Shown: positions 25,515-38,010, counted from the stretch's first letter. The stretch is 64,000 nucleotides of DNA from Eledone cirrhosa (GCA_964016885.1 OZ024764.1:8556001-8620000), one strand, 5' to 3'. Translations and numbers: made by a program. The notes: generated from the sequence alone by a model not told the origin.

Positions 25515-26438
25515 CTACAAGGAGAGAGAGAAAGAGAGGTAGATTCGATTTTATGTGAGACTAGACCACCTGTGACCCATTGGGTCATGTTCACTTCAAA
25601 ATATTAAAAAAAAATCATGTTCACTTAAAAATAATTTTTAAATAATTAAAATATACACAGACATATATATAATGTGAAATGAAACTGGAAGGCCTATATA
25701 TATCATCATCATCATTTCAATTTACGTCCACTTTTCCCTGCTTGCAAGGGTGGGACGGGAACTGATTCTGGCTTGATTTCTACAGCTGGATGCCCTTCCT
25801 AACACCAACCTCATTTACAGTGAGTGCTGGGCGCTTTTTTGCCGTGGCACCTCCACGACCACTTTGCAGTGGAATGATAGGGACCCCAGTCCCTATCATC
25901 TCATTTCCACAGCTGAGTAAACTGGAGCAATGTGAAATAAAGTGTCTTGCTCAAGGAAACAACACATCACCCGGTCTGAGAATTGAACTCACAACCTTTC
26001 GGTTGCAAGGCCAATGCTCTAACCACTAAGCCATGTGCCTCCATGACATATATATAATGTGAAATGAAACTGGAAGGCCTATATATATATGTGTATGTAT
26101 ATATATATATATATGTGGGTTTCTGTGATCTATATACACTGGTCATAGACACACACACTCACATATATATATATACGCAACAACACCACCAGATCTCTCT
26201 TTCTTCCATTCTCCTTCTCTGTCTCCTCTCTCTCTCTGTTTATGAAAGTACTCAGAAATCCCCATATCTCAGGAACCCGTGCTTCGATTTACGCAAAACT
26301 TGTTTTATTCCATTTGTATTCCCATTTCAGGGTCAACTTCCTTTCAAAGTATTTTCCCATTATGTGCCCTTTTGGCCGTATTACATTACAGACAAGCAAG
26401 CAAGCAATCACAGACTTTTAGTAATATATAAATAATTA

Positions 26439-26606
26439 CTGTATTTCCCAGCGTCGAAGAGGCTACTTTTTTCCTCAAATAAGTCTAAAAAATCTACCAT
26501 GCCTCCTGGAAGCCGAAGGTTGTTTATCATTTAAAAAAAAATTTTTGGTTGTCAAACTTGGGGTACGTCTTCGAGGACGAAGCTTCATCGGCGCCAGGAA
26601 ATACAG
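26439..26606. mobile_element. Tc1/mariner-type MITE
   Basis: TA-CTGTATTTCCCAGCGTCGAAG...CATCGGCGCCAGGAAATACAG-TA; homologous to 709-875. Confidence 0.7.
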
Positions 26607-27000
26607 TATGTAAGGTAAAGCCTTTACCACAAAAATACAATAGTTTATATAGAGTAATGTAGATGCTAAAGGGTTAAACCTGGCAGAGCCCAGTCCTTTC
26701 CAGGTCTGAATTCAGCAGATTTGTTGCAGGGAAGAATAGAGAGAGTGAAAGAATGGAAACGTGAGAAAGAGATATCGAGGAAGAATCGACCCCAGTACGA
26801 GAAGACTGGTACTTTTTTTTATCAACCTTGAATGGATGAAAGGCAAAGTTGACCATAGCGGGATTTGAACTCAGAGAGACGAAATGAATACTAGAAAGTA
26901 TTCTATCTGACGTTCTAATGACTTTACAAATTCGTCACCTCCATAGACAGACAGATATATAGGCAAATAGAGAGACTAGAGAGACATAGATAGATAGATA

Positions 27001-27567
27001 TATTTCTTAATTAGCCACAAGGGCGCACAAGAAAAGGGGACAATACAAAGACATGCCAGGGATTTTACATGCAGTCGTGTAAAAAATATAAAAACAAACA
27101 ATTACAACAATCGAAATCCCCAATAGTGGGGAGGCGCCACAAATGGGTTGTTTAATACCCCATCAATAGAACAACCCTCAACTCCAGGAGCGTGTTGTGC
27201 AAGTGCTCCTTTCTTCCTTTTGCTCTCTTCCTCAACCTACAGGCTTATAAACAGAGAAGGCCCAATCACTCGGGCCATTTTCGCTTCACCCACCTTTCAG
27301 TAAATTTACTGGGGTGTAGTGCCTCTCTCTCCACCCTAATTCTCCTTCTAAAGTGATACTTAAAGAAGGGAATGAGTTGTTGTCCGGAGAGAAAGGCATC
27401 TGTCCTCAGTCCCCTCAACCTCGTCCACCATATAACTTCTTTCACCATAGCCACCGTACAGAGGAAAACCGCCTCTCTTTCGTTTTTGAAAGAGGCTGGC
27501 GGTTTGATCCTTACTATGGACTCGGCAGTCAACTGGATTTGTCCCATACGCGACAGCAGTTGTTCTG
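27001..27567 (-). mobile_element. Tx1/L1-clade LINE 3' fragment (same family)
   Basis: AEQLLSRMGQIQLTAESIVRIKPP...KEVIWWTRLRGLR matches the 44949 ORF. Flanked by CATAGATAGATAGATA on both sides. Confidence 0.85.
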
Positions 27568-27623
27568 CATAGATAGATAGATAAGACACACAGACAGTAG
27601 AGTAGACTATAAAATATACTCAC

Positions 27624-27694
27624 TATTGTAACATCATCTGGAACTTGAAGTTCTTTGGGTGGGACAAACTTTTCAACAGCAGCTTCAAGGGCAG
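27624..27694 (-). CDS. SFSWAP: SFSWAP coding exon 4
   Basis: TTCTAG| acceptor. Reads AALEAAVEKFVPPKELQVPDDVTI (the F.PP..L.VP.DV motif preceding SURP1). Donor GTGAGT. 71 nt, phase 1 to 0. Confidence 0.9.
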
Positions 27695-27727
27695 CTAGAA
27701 AGAATAATATAGCATATATATATATAT

Positions 27728-28066
27728 ATGGAGAGACATGGCTTAGTGGTTAGAGCATTGGGCTTGCAATCGAAAGGTTGTGAGTTCAATTCTCAGACCG
27801 GGTGATCTGTTGTTTCCTTGAGCAAGGCACTTTATTTCACATTGCTCCAGTTTACTCAGCTGTAGAAATGAGATGATAGGTCTGGGGTCCCTATCATTCC
27901 ACTGTAAAGTGGTCGTGTAGGTGCCACGGCAAAAAAGCACCCAGCACTCACTGTAAATGAGGTTGGTGTTAGGAAGGGCATCCAGCTGTAGAAATCAACC
28001 CAGAATCAATTCCCGTCCCAACCTTGCAAGCAGGGACAAGCGGACGTAAAATGATGAATGCTGATG
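27728..28066 (+). mobile_element. tRNA-derived SINE family 2 with RTE-type tail (other copies ~10345, 11575, 19115, 22198-22855, 25705)
   Basis: TGGCTTAGTGG A-box, GAGTTCAATTC B-box and CCTTGAGCAAGGCACTT core; 3' end CCTTGCAAGCAGGG...GGACGTAAAATGATG. Confidence 0.85.
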
Positions 28067-28390
28067 ATATATATATATATATATATACACGTGTGAATGA
28101 ATGTGTGTTTGTGTATGTGTGTGAATACACACTCGTGTGAATGAACGTGTGTGTGTAAGGTGTGAAGGTGTGTGGCTGAGTGGTTAGAGAATTGGATTCA
28201 CAATATTGAGGTTGTGAGTTCGATTCCTGGACTGGGCGATACGTTATGTTCTTGAGCAAGACACTTTACTTCACGTTGCTCCTTCTACCTGGAGTTGCGA
28301 CCTATAGATAGATAGTATTAGCAATTGGAAAGACCGATGAAAACATTGTTTGCTCGGTCTGATTTGATGAAAGTCGATCGATCCTATCTA

Positions 28391-28454
<64 letters not shown>

Positions 28455-28857
28455 AAAGGTAAACAGAAATAACAACACAATCGGTACAGTATATGGAAGA
28501 AATATATTAGGTTAACGATTGATATAACAACAAGAGGGCCTTAACGTTTTGGACGCTAGTCCTTCATCAGAAGAAAGAATGAGAAATAAGATAGACTGAT
28601 GGATGGGCGGGGTGGAATTGGAAAAAATTCTATATATATATATATATGGTACAAAATAGGGGTGGTTTCAGGTGATTTAGTACTAAAAAGGTTAAACCAG
28701 GGGTGGTTTCGGGTGGTTTGAGTCCAAAAGGGTTAAATCTAGGTATGGTTTAGATTCAAAAGGGGTTAAAACTAAAGGCGATTCTAAGGGGTTCGGTATC
28801 ATGAGGGGTGGTTTCAGGTAGTTTTGGTATGAAATGAATATGATGAAACCAGCTTAC

Positions 28858-28974
28858 CATTCAACTCAGGATCCTCATTCTCTGGCACCAAAGCATCGGT
28901 CGGCTGTTCGTACCGAAAGCCAACAGCATTGAACCCCTCCGATAGTGACTGGTAGTAGCGCTTCCATTCTTCTT
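28858..28974 (-). CDS. SFSWAP: SFSWAP coding exon 3
   Basis: TTTTAG| acceptor. Reads EEEWKRYYQSLSEGFNAVGFRYEQPTDALVPENEDPELN (conserved EEEYKR...NAVGF.Y). Donor GTAAGC. 117 nt, phase 1 to 1. Confidence 0.93.
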
Positions 28975-29462
28975 CTAAAAAACAACAATACAGAAAATGC
29001 ATCATCATCATCATCATCAGATTTAACATCTGCTTTCCCTGCTAGCAAGGGTTGGACAGGTTCACAGAAACTAAGTCAGGGGCCACTGACCTCCCACATA
29101 GGCCGAGGAATTTGTGTCTCGCTTTTGTAGTTACATGTTTATCATGCAGCTGGAACTACTGTAACCCATTGATTTGGCAGGATTTTTTTTTATACACATA
29201 TACACCGTATATATATATCTTCGGTTAGCTTCCCCCTGTGTTGTTTACTTGTCTCACTCGCTTTACACGTTTTAATTGTCCTAATAACTTATTTTAGTTA
29301 TTATTGCGCCAACGTGAGGTATATGATTTTTAATGCAATGAAATACCTATGACCGTTGGTAAATCACTGATGAGGGACTCATTTTATAACATGTTATCCA
29401 TGTGCAACCATGCAGTATTCTTCTCCCCATTTTTTCATATATATATATATATATATATAGAT

Positions 29463-30093
29463 ATCATCATCATCATCATCATCAACGTTTAACGTCCGTG
29501 TTCCATGCTTGCATGGGTTTGGACGGGGGTAGTCCCACTTGAGGCAAGAGTGATTGTCTTGCTCGCATAGGACTGTCTGGCAGGTTTTCTACAGTTGGAT
29601 GCCCTTCCTAACACCAACCACATTTACAGTGTGGGTCTGGGAGGTTTTTACCGTGTTGCCTACACGGCCACATTACAGCGTGGACTGTGTGTTTTTTGTC
29701 GTGACACCTACACGATCTCATTTGTTTCGGCCTCGATGGCGCGGCACCAACATAACTTTACATAGAACGGGGTGGTGTGGATCGGGTGGGGGTGGTGGTG
29801 GTGGGACGGGGTGTATTTTGTTAGAGATGCCTACTGGCTGGAGTAGGTTTTACTATATATTTAGGTAAGGCGGGTCTTCTCTGTTACTGAGTACCGCCAA
29901 AGGTCTCGGTCCAGTGACATTGTCTTGGAGAGGTGTAAGTGTGTGATGTCGGAGTTTATCAACTCGTCCCAGGGTTTTCTAGGTCTGCCTATTCCGTGAC
30001 TACCGTCTATCTTTATTGCCCTGCACTTTGTTATACAGCTATCGACTTTCATGCGCATCACGTGTCCATACCAACGTAGCCTTCTCTCGAGTA

Positions 30094-30095
<2 letters not shown>
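29463..30095 (-). mobile_element. RTE LINE 3' fragment
   Basis: ERRLRWYGHVMRMKVDSCITKCRAIKIDGSHGIGRPRKPW..., followed by UTR and (ATG)n tail. Confidence 0.85.
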
Positions 30096-30132
<37 letters not shown>

Positions 30133-30504
30133 CAAACATGCAATTAATCCTACCCACACCCATACATTATATACATATTTACACAATTTGGGATGGCCGT
30201 TGACTCTTATGAGTTCTTCGGCCCTTGAGGATGTTGAGAATGGCTCTCAACATTTCTTGGAAACGGAGGCTGACAAATAAGGAACTTTACAGATCACTAC
30301 CCCCAGTCTCAAAAAAAGTTGCCTGCAGACAAATAAAACTGGCTAGGCACTGCATCTGTCATCCATTGTATGGCATTTCGGTTTGTGGGGAGTGTGGAAA
30401 AGGGTTTGCCTTAATTAGTGGACTGAAATGTCTTTTGAAAGTGTACCAAAACAGGACCGTAACACTTACTGTGTGAGTCCCCATTGTTGCAGCATCCGTG
30501 CAAG

Positions 30505-31640
30505 AGTTATGAACTGTTGGAAAGGAGTTCATAACTTTGAAGTTATGAACTGTTGGAAAGGAGTTCATAACTTTGAAGTTATGAACTGTTGGAAAGGAGT
30601 TCATAACTTTGAAGTTAAGAACTGTTGGAAAGGAGTTCATAACTTTGAAGTTATGAACTGTTGGAAAGGAGTTCATAACTTTGAAGTTATGAACTGTTGG
30701 AAAGGAGTTCATAACTTTGAAGTTATGAACTGTTGGAAAGGAGTTCATAACTTTGAAGTTAAGAACTGTTGGAAAGGAGTTCATAACTTTGAAGTTATCA
30801 ACTGTTGGAAAGGAGTTCATAACTTTGAAGTTAAGAACTGTTGGAAAGGAGTTCATAACTTTGAAGTTATGAACTGTTGGAAAGGAGTTCATAACTTTGA
30901 AGTTATCAACTGTTGGAAAGGAGTTCATAACTTTGAAGTTATCAACTGTTGGAAAGGAGTTCATAACTTTGAAGTTATCAACTGTTGGAAAGGAGTTCAT
31001 AACTTTGAAGTTATCAACTGTTGGAAAGGAGTTCATAACTTTGAAGTTAAGAACTGTTGGAAAGGAGTTCATAACTTTGAAGTTATCAACTGTTGGAAAG
31101 GAGTTCATAACTTTGAAGTTATCAACTGTTGGAAAGGAGTTCATAACTTTGAAGTTATCAACTGTTGGAAAGGAGTTCATAACTTTGAAGTAATGAACTG
31201 TTGGAAAGGAGTTCATAACTTTGAAGTAATGAACTGTTGGAAAGGAGTTCATAACTTTGAAGTTATCATCTGTTGGAAAGGAGTTCATAACTTTGAAGTA
31301 ATGAACTGTTGGAAAGGAGTTCATAACTTTGAAGTTATCAACTGTTGGAAAGGAGTTCATAACTTTGAAGTTATCAACTGTTGGAAAGGAGTTCATAACT
31401 TTGAAGTTATCAACTGTTGGAAAGGAGTTCATAACTTTGAAGTTAAGAACTGTTGGAAAGGAGTTCATAACTTTGAAGTTATCAACTGTTGGAAAGGAGT
31501 TCATAACTTTGAAGTTATCAACTGTTGGAAAGGAGTTCATAACTTTGAAGTTATCAACTGTTGGAAAGGAGTTCATAACTTTGAAGTTATCAACTGTTGG
31601 AAAGGAGTTCATAACTTTGAAGTTATGAACTGTTGGAAAC
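30505..31640. repeat. 33-bp palindromic minisatellite (~34 copies)
   Basis: Unit TGTTGGAAAGGAGTTCATAACTTTGAAGTTATGAAC-type with period 33 and no spacers. Confidence 0.95.
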
Positions 31641-31667
31641 AACTCCTTACCCACCCAGGAGACTTAC

Positions 31668-31837
31668 CTTCGTACAGCGCTTGCTCCTGGATGTCTGTGT
31701 GCAGCTCCAAGTAGCGTTCCTTGTCACAGAGGGCTTCAATGTGCTTCTCCTCTTCGGACAGGGTGCAGTCGGCATTGTTGCTGTTGCAAGACGCATCGTA
31801 GGGCGTCAGGTCATAGAGGTGACCTCGCCCATCGTAC
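31668..31837 (-). CDS. SFSWAP: SFSWAP coding exon 2 (DRY_EERY domain)
   Basis: TAG|G acceptor. Reads [56 protein letters not shown]. Donor G|GTAAGT. 170 nt, phase 2 to 1. Confidence 0.95.
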
Positions 31838-32957
31838 CTAACGACGAAGACAAGGAGAAAACATGGCAGTCAGAAACGGCGAGTTTTCAGCAGGTCACGA
31901 GTGTTTCCTTTTTAAACACCACACATCGCAGAAACAACAGACAACGAAAGAAAAAATAAAACACATAAAACATAAATCAGTAACATCTTATTAATGGCCT
32001 ATAAATATGTATATGTGTGTATACATATGTATGTATATATGTGTGTATATATATATATATATATGTGTGTGTAAATACAAATATACGTGTGTGTATACAT
32101 ATATATATATATGTGTATATACCTATATGTATGTATATATGTGTATATATAATATATATATATATATATATGTATACGCACATACACATATATATTCACA
32201 TGTATATATATACATCCATACATATATACACACACACACACATATATACATATATGTATATATATATACATATATATATACACACATATATACATACATA
32301 CACATATAAATGTTTAAATCTACGGAGATACTGGGCATCAAATTTTTTTTTGCTTTTCACATGAAAAGCTTCCTAAACTAGAAACTGGTGAAAAGGGGAT
32401 AAGCTAACCTAACAAACCTCTGGGATACGTTTTAATAATAATGGTTTCTGATTTAGGCACAAGGCCAGCAATTTAGGGTTACTGTCCCTGTAAGGATGAA
32501 AGGCAAAGCTAACCATGGCAAAATTTGGATCCAGGATGTAACTGTATGCCACAAAGCATGTGGTCCCCCGCTCTACCTATTCTGCCAACCCACCAACAAG
32601 GTATTCGAAATATAACAAAGGCATATAACAGATAAAATCCATGGGGCTGAAAATCAGATACAAGAGGACGACCGACTATTTAGCAGCTTCTACCTCAGTC
32701 AGTCACCCTCGCATTACATTGAGTACTCTCCCTAATATTACATCAAGGTTAACCATACGGAATGACCAGTTCTATCCAGTGGTGAACCAACTAACCTAAA
32801 TAAATATATATATATAAGAAAAGAGTCAGGACCCCGACAGTTCTGTCGAAACGGTCGGAGCTCAGCTGTCGGGGTCCTGACTCTTTTCCTACCTCCTCTA
32901 GATATTGAGTACTCTGGTGCGTTATGGTCCACCTGGCATCTTACTACACCCTCTTTG

Positions 32958-32989
<32 letters not shown>

Positions 32990-33559
32990 CAAATAAATCT
33001 GCTATATATATATAGTGAAGGCGCATGGCTTAGTGGTTAGGGCTTGCAATCATGAAGTTGTGAGTTCAATTCTCAGCTGTAGAAATGATTTGCAACATGA
33101 GTTGTATCAGCCACTGCTTTTCCCTTGGACAACATTGGTGGCATGGAGAGGGAAGATTGGTCTGCATGGGCGACTGCTGGTCTTCCACAAACAACCTTGT
33201 CCGGCCAGTATTGACCCAGGCCATGTCTAACTTAATAGCACCACCTGGCTAATATATATAATAAAATAACATTTTTTTAAGTGCTGGCTTTGTATCTAAA
33301 TTAAAAACCATTGTCATTTATCCTTACTATTGCGATTATTAACTATTATAACATTTATCACTGATCTCCTTCATAAAGCCGGGATAGACCTAAGTATAAT
33401 ATAAATTCTCTTTAGAAAATGTGAGGCTCCCAAATGCAGAAAAAAACTGTAACAGTCGATTGCTATAAATAATAGCTTGGAAATCAGGTGAATCCTATGG
33501 ATAGAAAAAAGAAAAATGGCCAGCAACTGCTACGAAGTAATGAAGTCTTTATCTTCTGG

Positions 33560-33915
33560 ATTTTTAACTGTGTGCTCTAATTTTACTCACAGCTTTCATT
33601 GATTATAATCTTCAGGGTTAGTGGAAAGAAACTCCCTATTGAAAATTACTTTTAGCCTACTGTGACCACTTGGGACAACATCAATGGCCTCAGATTCATG
33701 CAAGATGGGGCCCCTCTTCAGTTTACGGCACTGTTCCCGAGTGGCTTGATATCCTTCCAGGATGTTTGCTAGGTTATCATGGTCCACATTAACAGCCAGC
33801 AAGAAGCCCTGACTTAATGCTATATGGTTTCTTTTCTGTGGGGATGGGTGAAGGAAATTTAGAGCTCAAAACCCCAGGAGTTACAAGAGCCATACCATAC
33901 GATGCCTAAGCTATT
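33560..33915 (+). pseudogene. Decayed Tc1/mariner (DDE_3-like) transposase fragment
   Basis: Reads FMQDGAPL and then PARSPDL....FF..GWVKE across frameshifts, resembling the QDGAP.H / WPARSPDL..DFFLWG motifs. Confidence 0.7.
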
Positions 33916-35683
33916 ATCTACAGCAGAGGTTCTCAAACTTTTGGGGCCACCGTCCCCCTCACGGCCATGTAAAACCCTCAGCGCCCCCACCCCTATTTCC
34001 AAACAGACCTGCCTACACACAAATTGTAAATAATATCTAATAAATAAAATTGTTAATCGCCAGTCCAAATAAATGAGATAATGAGATCGAGGTCGTGTAG
34101 GTAACATGGTAAAAAGTTCCCAGTCCACACTGTAAAGTGGTCATGTAGGTGTCACGACAAAAATACACACAGACCACGCTGTAATGTGGTCGTGTAGGTA
34201 ACACAGTAAAAAGTTCCCAGTTCCACACTGTAAACGTGGTTGGTGTTAGGAAGGGCATCCAGCCGTAGAAAACCTGCCAGATAGTCCTATATGAGTGAGA
34301 CACGGTCACCCGACCAACCTTCCCTCTTTAGATGTGTGATTCCACCAACCAACCAATAAACATCTTTTTTTTATATTATATATAAATAATATAATATATA
34401 TGTATCATTTGATATTTAATATACTATATCATCTCTACCACCCCCTTAGGCTCCAGTGCTCCCTTGGGTCTTCCAATTATGTTGGAAGATTCTAATTTAA
34501 ATAGGAACAATGTATTTTAATTAATTAAAAATTTCGAGGAATTTATTAAAATTATTAATTATTTCATTACTAAAATAGTAACTTAACATAAGGTTCTTAT
34601 ATAAAATTATGTTGGAAGATTTAAATAGGAACACTGTATTTTAATTAATTAATGAAGAATTTCAAGGGATTTACTAAAATTATTTCATTATTAAGATAGT
34701 AACTTAACATACAGTTCTTATATAAGAGTATATTAGCAATTTTAACACGGTATTTCAATTAATTAATGATGGCTTTACTAATTATTACTAAGATAGTAAC
34801 TTAACATGTGGTCCTTATATAAGATTTCAACACTATTTCAATTAACTAATGAAGAATTTTGAGGGATTTACTAAAAGTTCATTACTAAGATAGTAAATTA
34901 AAATATGGTTCTTGTTGGAAGATTTTAAATTTAAATAGGAACACTTTTGCCATCATATTTGTAATGAAATTCATACTATTTCAAATAAATTAACGAAGAA
35001 TTTTAAGGGATTTATTAATTAATTGAAAGAGTGTTCCTATTTAAATTTAAATATTCGAACATAATTTTATATAAGAACCATGTTAACCCTTTAGCATTTA
35101 AACTGGCTGTATCTGGCCAGAATTCTCTCTTTACGTGTTGTGACAGAATCACAGAAATTTAGATATAGATGGATCCTCTTCCTTCCTTTTACACACATAC
35201 ATTCATGCAGACAGCAGACATAAAAGGAGAGGAGTAGTATGAGGTAGTCAAACTACTCTCTCTTTACGTGTTGTGACAGAATCACAGAAATTTATATATA
35301 TAAGAACCTAATAAAATAATTATTTTAATAAATCCTTCAAAAATCTTCCAATATAATGTAATGAAATAATTAATAATTTTAGAAAATCTCTCAAAATTCT
35401 TCATTAATTAATTGAAATAGTGTTCCTATTTAAATTAAAATACCCCAACATAATTTTATATAAGAACCATATGTTAAGTTACTATCTTTGTAATGAAATA
35501 ATTTTATCAAATCCCTTAAAAATTCACAATTAATTTATTGAAATACGAGTGAATTTCATTAGAAAACAGCCACAAAGGAGTGGAGGTAGCTATGGCAACA
35601 ACAAAAACAAAAAGGACAACAAAATTAAGAATAAAACAGAATTGGTCATAATGATGGTGGCTACAATGATGATGATGATGCTG

Positions 35684-35757
<74 letters not shown>

Positions 35758-37049
35758 AGTTAAAAAAAAAAATCATTTGATTTTGGATTTCAATTTTAAT
35801 GGGTTTTAAATTTTCCATTAATTTCAAGGACAGTTTTATTGGGCCGAGTTCATTTTGCATTTAATGGCTAAGTCGAAGAACTTGTCACTATTAGAAATCT
35901 TACCCCATCTTACCATTCTCAACGACAGCAGAAAAACATTCTAAATGTACACTGGGTGCTGAAAACCTGAAAATTAATTTGTTAAAACAAAGGATGGAAG
36001 GAAGAAAAGAAAGAAAAGAAAGCTGCCTTCCCCCACCCACGAACAAATCCAACCCCTTCTTCCACCCTATACCCACTAAATATTTCAAACTTATCACTCA
36101 ACTCTTCTGTAAACCACATGAAAAATAATTTTTGTAGCTCACCTATGTAGGTTTAGTTGCCCTCCTACAAAGTTGTATGGCATAATAGGTTGTTGTTACC
36201 GCTCACATTTATGTAGGTTGAGCTGGCCCCTGACAAGGTTTCTTGCAGGTTTTAATTATATGGACCCCAGCCCTTTCATGTTGTTACAGTTTACACCTAT
36301 GTAGGTTTAGCTGGCCTCCTACAAAGTTGTATTTCATGGGTTTCTGAGGTGTTTTAATGATAGGGGCCGCAGTCTGATCATGTGTTATTACAGTTCACAC
36401 CTATATAGATTTAGCTGGCCTCTTACAAGGTTGCATTTCATAGGAGATTTCTTGGGTGGTGCTTTAACGCTTTAGTGTTCAAACCGGCCAGAATTCTCTA
36501 CCTCTTTCTCTTGAAACTGGCTGTAACTGGTCGCTCAAACTGATGTTAAGGTATTGTTCTCAAAAAAAAATACTTTCAAAATCTCAGATTCAATATTATG
36601 TGAGGTAAAGCCTTTACCATGAAAATATAATAGTGTATATAAAATAATTGTTTCTACTTTAGGCACAAGGCCAGCAATTACCCAGTGCATTACTGGTACT
36701 TTATTTTATCGACCCCGTAGGGATGAAAGGCAAAGCCAACCTCGGCGGGATTTGAACTCAGAATGGCAAGGGCCGTAACTCTATACGTCAAAGCATGGCG
36801 TCCGACCCTCTACCGATACTGCCAGTCCACCACCCTAGCATGGCGTCCGACCCTCTACCGATACTGCCAATCCAATCATTAATGGTAACACCTTTTTCCA
36901 TTCAGAGGGTTTTTTGTAAAATCTCAACTTACAGACTAATTAAGTAAAGGGACGTAACTATGCTGGAAAGCATGGCGTCCGTCCCTCTACCAATACTGCC
37001 AATCCACCGCCCTGTGTATATAAAATAATGTGAATGCTAAAGCGTTAAT

Positions 37050-38010
37050 GATAGAGACCCCAGTCCTGTCGTGTTGTTACAGCTCACACCTATGTAGGTT
37101 TAGCTGGCCTCTTGCAAAGTTGTATCTCATAGGAGGTTTATTTGATGCTTTAATGATAGGGACCCCAGTCCCAACATGTTGTTACAGCTCACACCTATGT
37201 AGATTTAGCTGGTCTCCTACATGGTTGTATCCCATAGCAAGTTTGTTGGGTGATTTAATGATAGGGACCCCAGTCCCAACATGTTGTTACAGCTAACACC
37301 TATGTAGATTTAGCTGGTCTCCTACATGGTTGTATCCCATAGCAAGTTTGTTGGGTGATTTAATGATAGAGACCCCAGTCCCAACATGTTGTTACAGCTC
37401 ACACCTATGTAGATTTAGCTGGTCTCCTACATGGTTGTATCCCATAGCAAGTTTGTTGGGTGATTTAATGATAGGGACCCCAGTCCCAACATGTTGTTAC
37501 AGCTCACACCTATGTAGATTTAGCTGGTCTCCTACATGGTTGTATCCCATAGCAAGTTTGTTGGGTGATTTAATGATAGGGACCCCAGTCCTAACATGTT
37601 GTTACAGCTAACACCTATGTAGATTTAGCTGGTCTCCTACATGGTTGTATCCCATAGCAAGTTTGTTGGGTGATTTAATGATAGGGACCCCAGTCCCAAC
37701 ATGTTGTTACAGCTAACACCTATGTAGATTTAGCTGGTCTCCTACATGGTTGTATCCCATAGCAAGTTTGTTGGGTGATTTAATGATAGGGACCCCAGTC
37801 CCAACATGTTGTTACAGCTCACACCTATGTAGATTTAGCTGGTCTCCTACATGGTTGTATCCCATAGCAAGTTTGTTGGGTGATTTAATGATAGGGACCC
37901 GTCCCAACATGTTGTTACAGCTCACACCTATGTAGATTTAGCTGGTCTCCTACATGGTTGTATCCCATAGCAAGTTTGTTTGGTGATTTAATGATAGGGA
38001 CCCCAGTCAT
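37050..38010. repeat. 105-bp minisatellite (~9 copies)
   Basis: Period 105. Diverged monomers lie at 18780-19095 and 36130-36460. Confidence 0.95.

Noticed and set aside
27735-27805. tRNA genes at SINE heads
   Set aside because: A/B boxes are present but continue into SINE body and tail in many diverged copies, with no convincing cloverleaf.
29366-29405. CTGATGAG hammerhead-like start
   Set aside because: No downstream GAAA or closing stems. At best a decayed copy.
30359-31714. CRISPR-like palindromic repeat array / 430-aa repeat ORFs on both strands
   Set aside because: No unique spacers and no cas genes, and it lies in a eukaryotic intron. The ORFs arise because the 33-bp unit is divisible by 3 and lacks stops in some frames.
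33596-33802. 68-aa minus-strand ORF as extra SFSWAP exon
   Set aside because: It is the antisense of a decayed Tc1/mariner transposase fragment, and exons 1 and 2 already join in frame.
35240-35260. TGAGGTAGT resembling let-7 5' end
   Set aside because: The match stops after 9 nt and there is no let-7 precursor structure.
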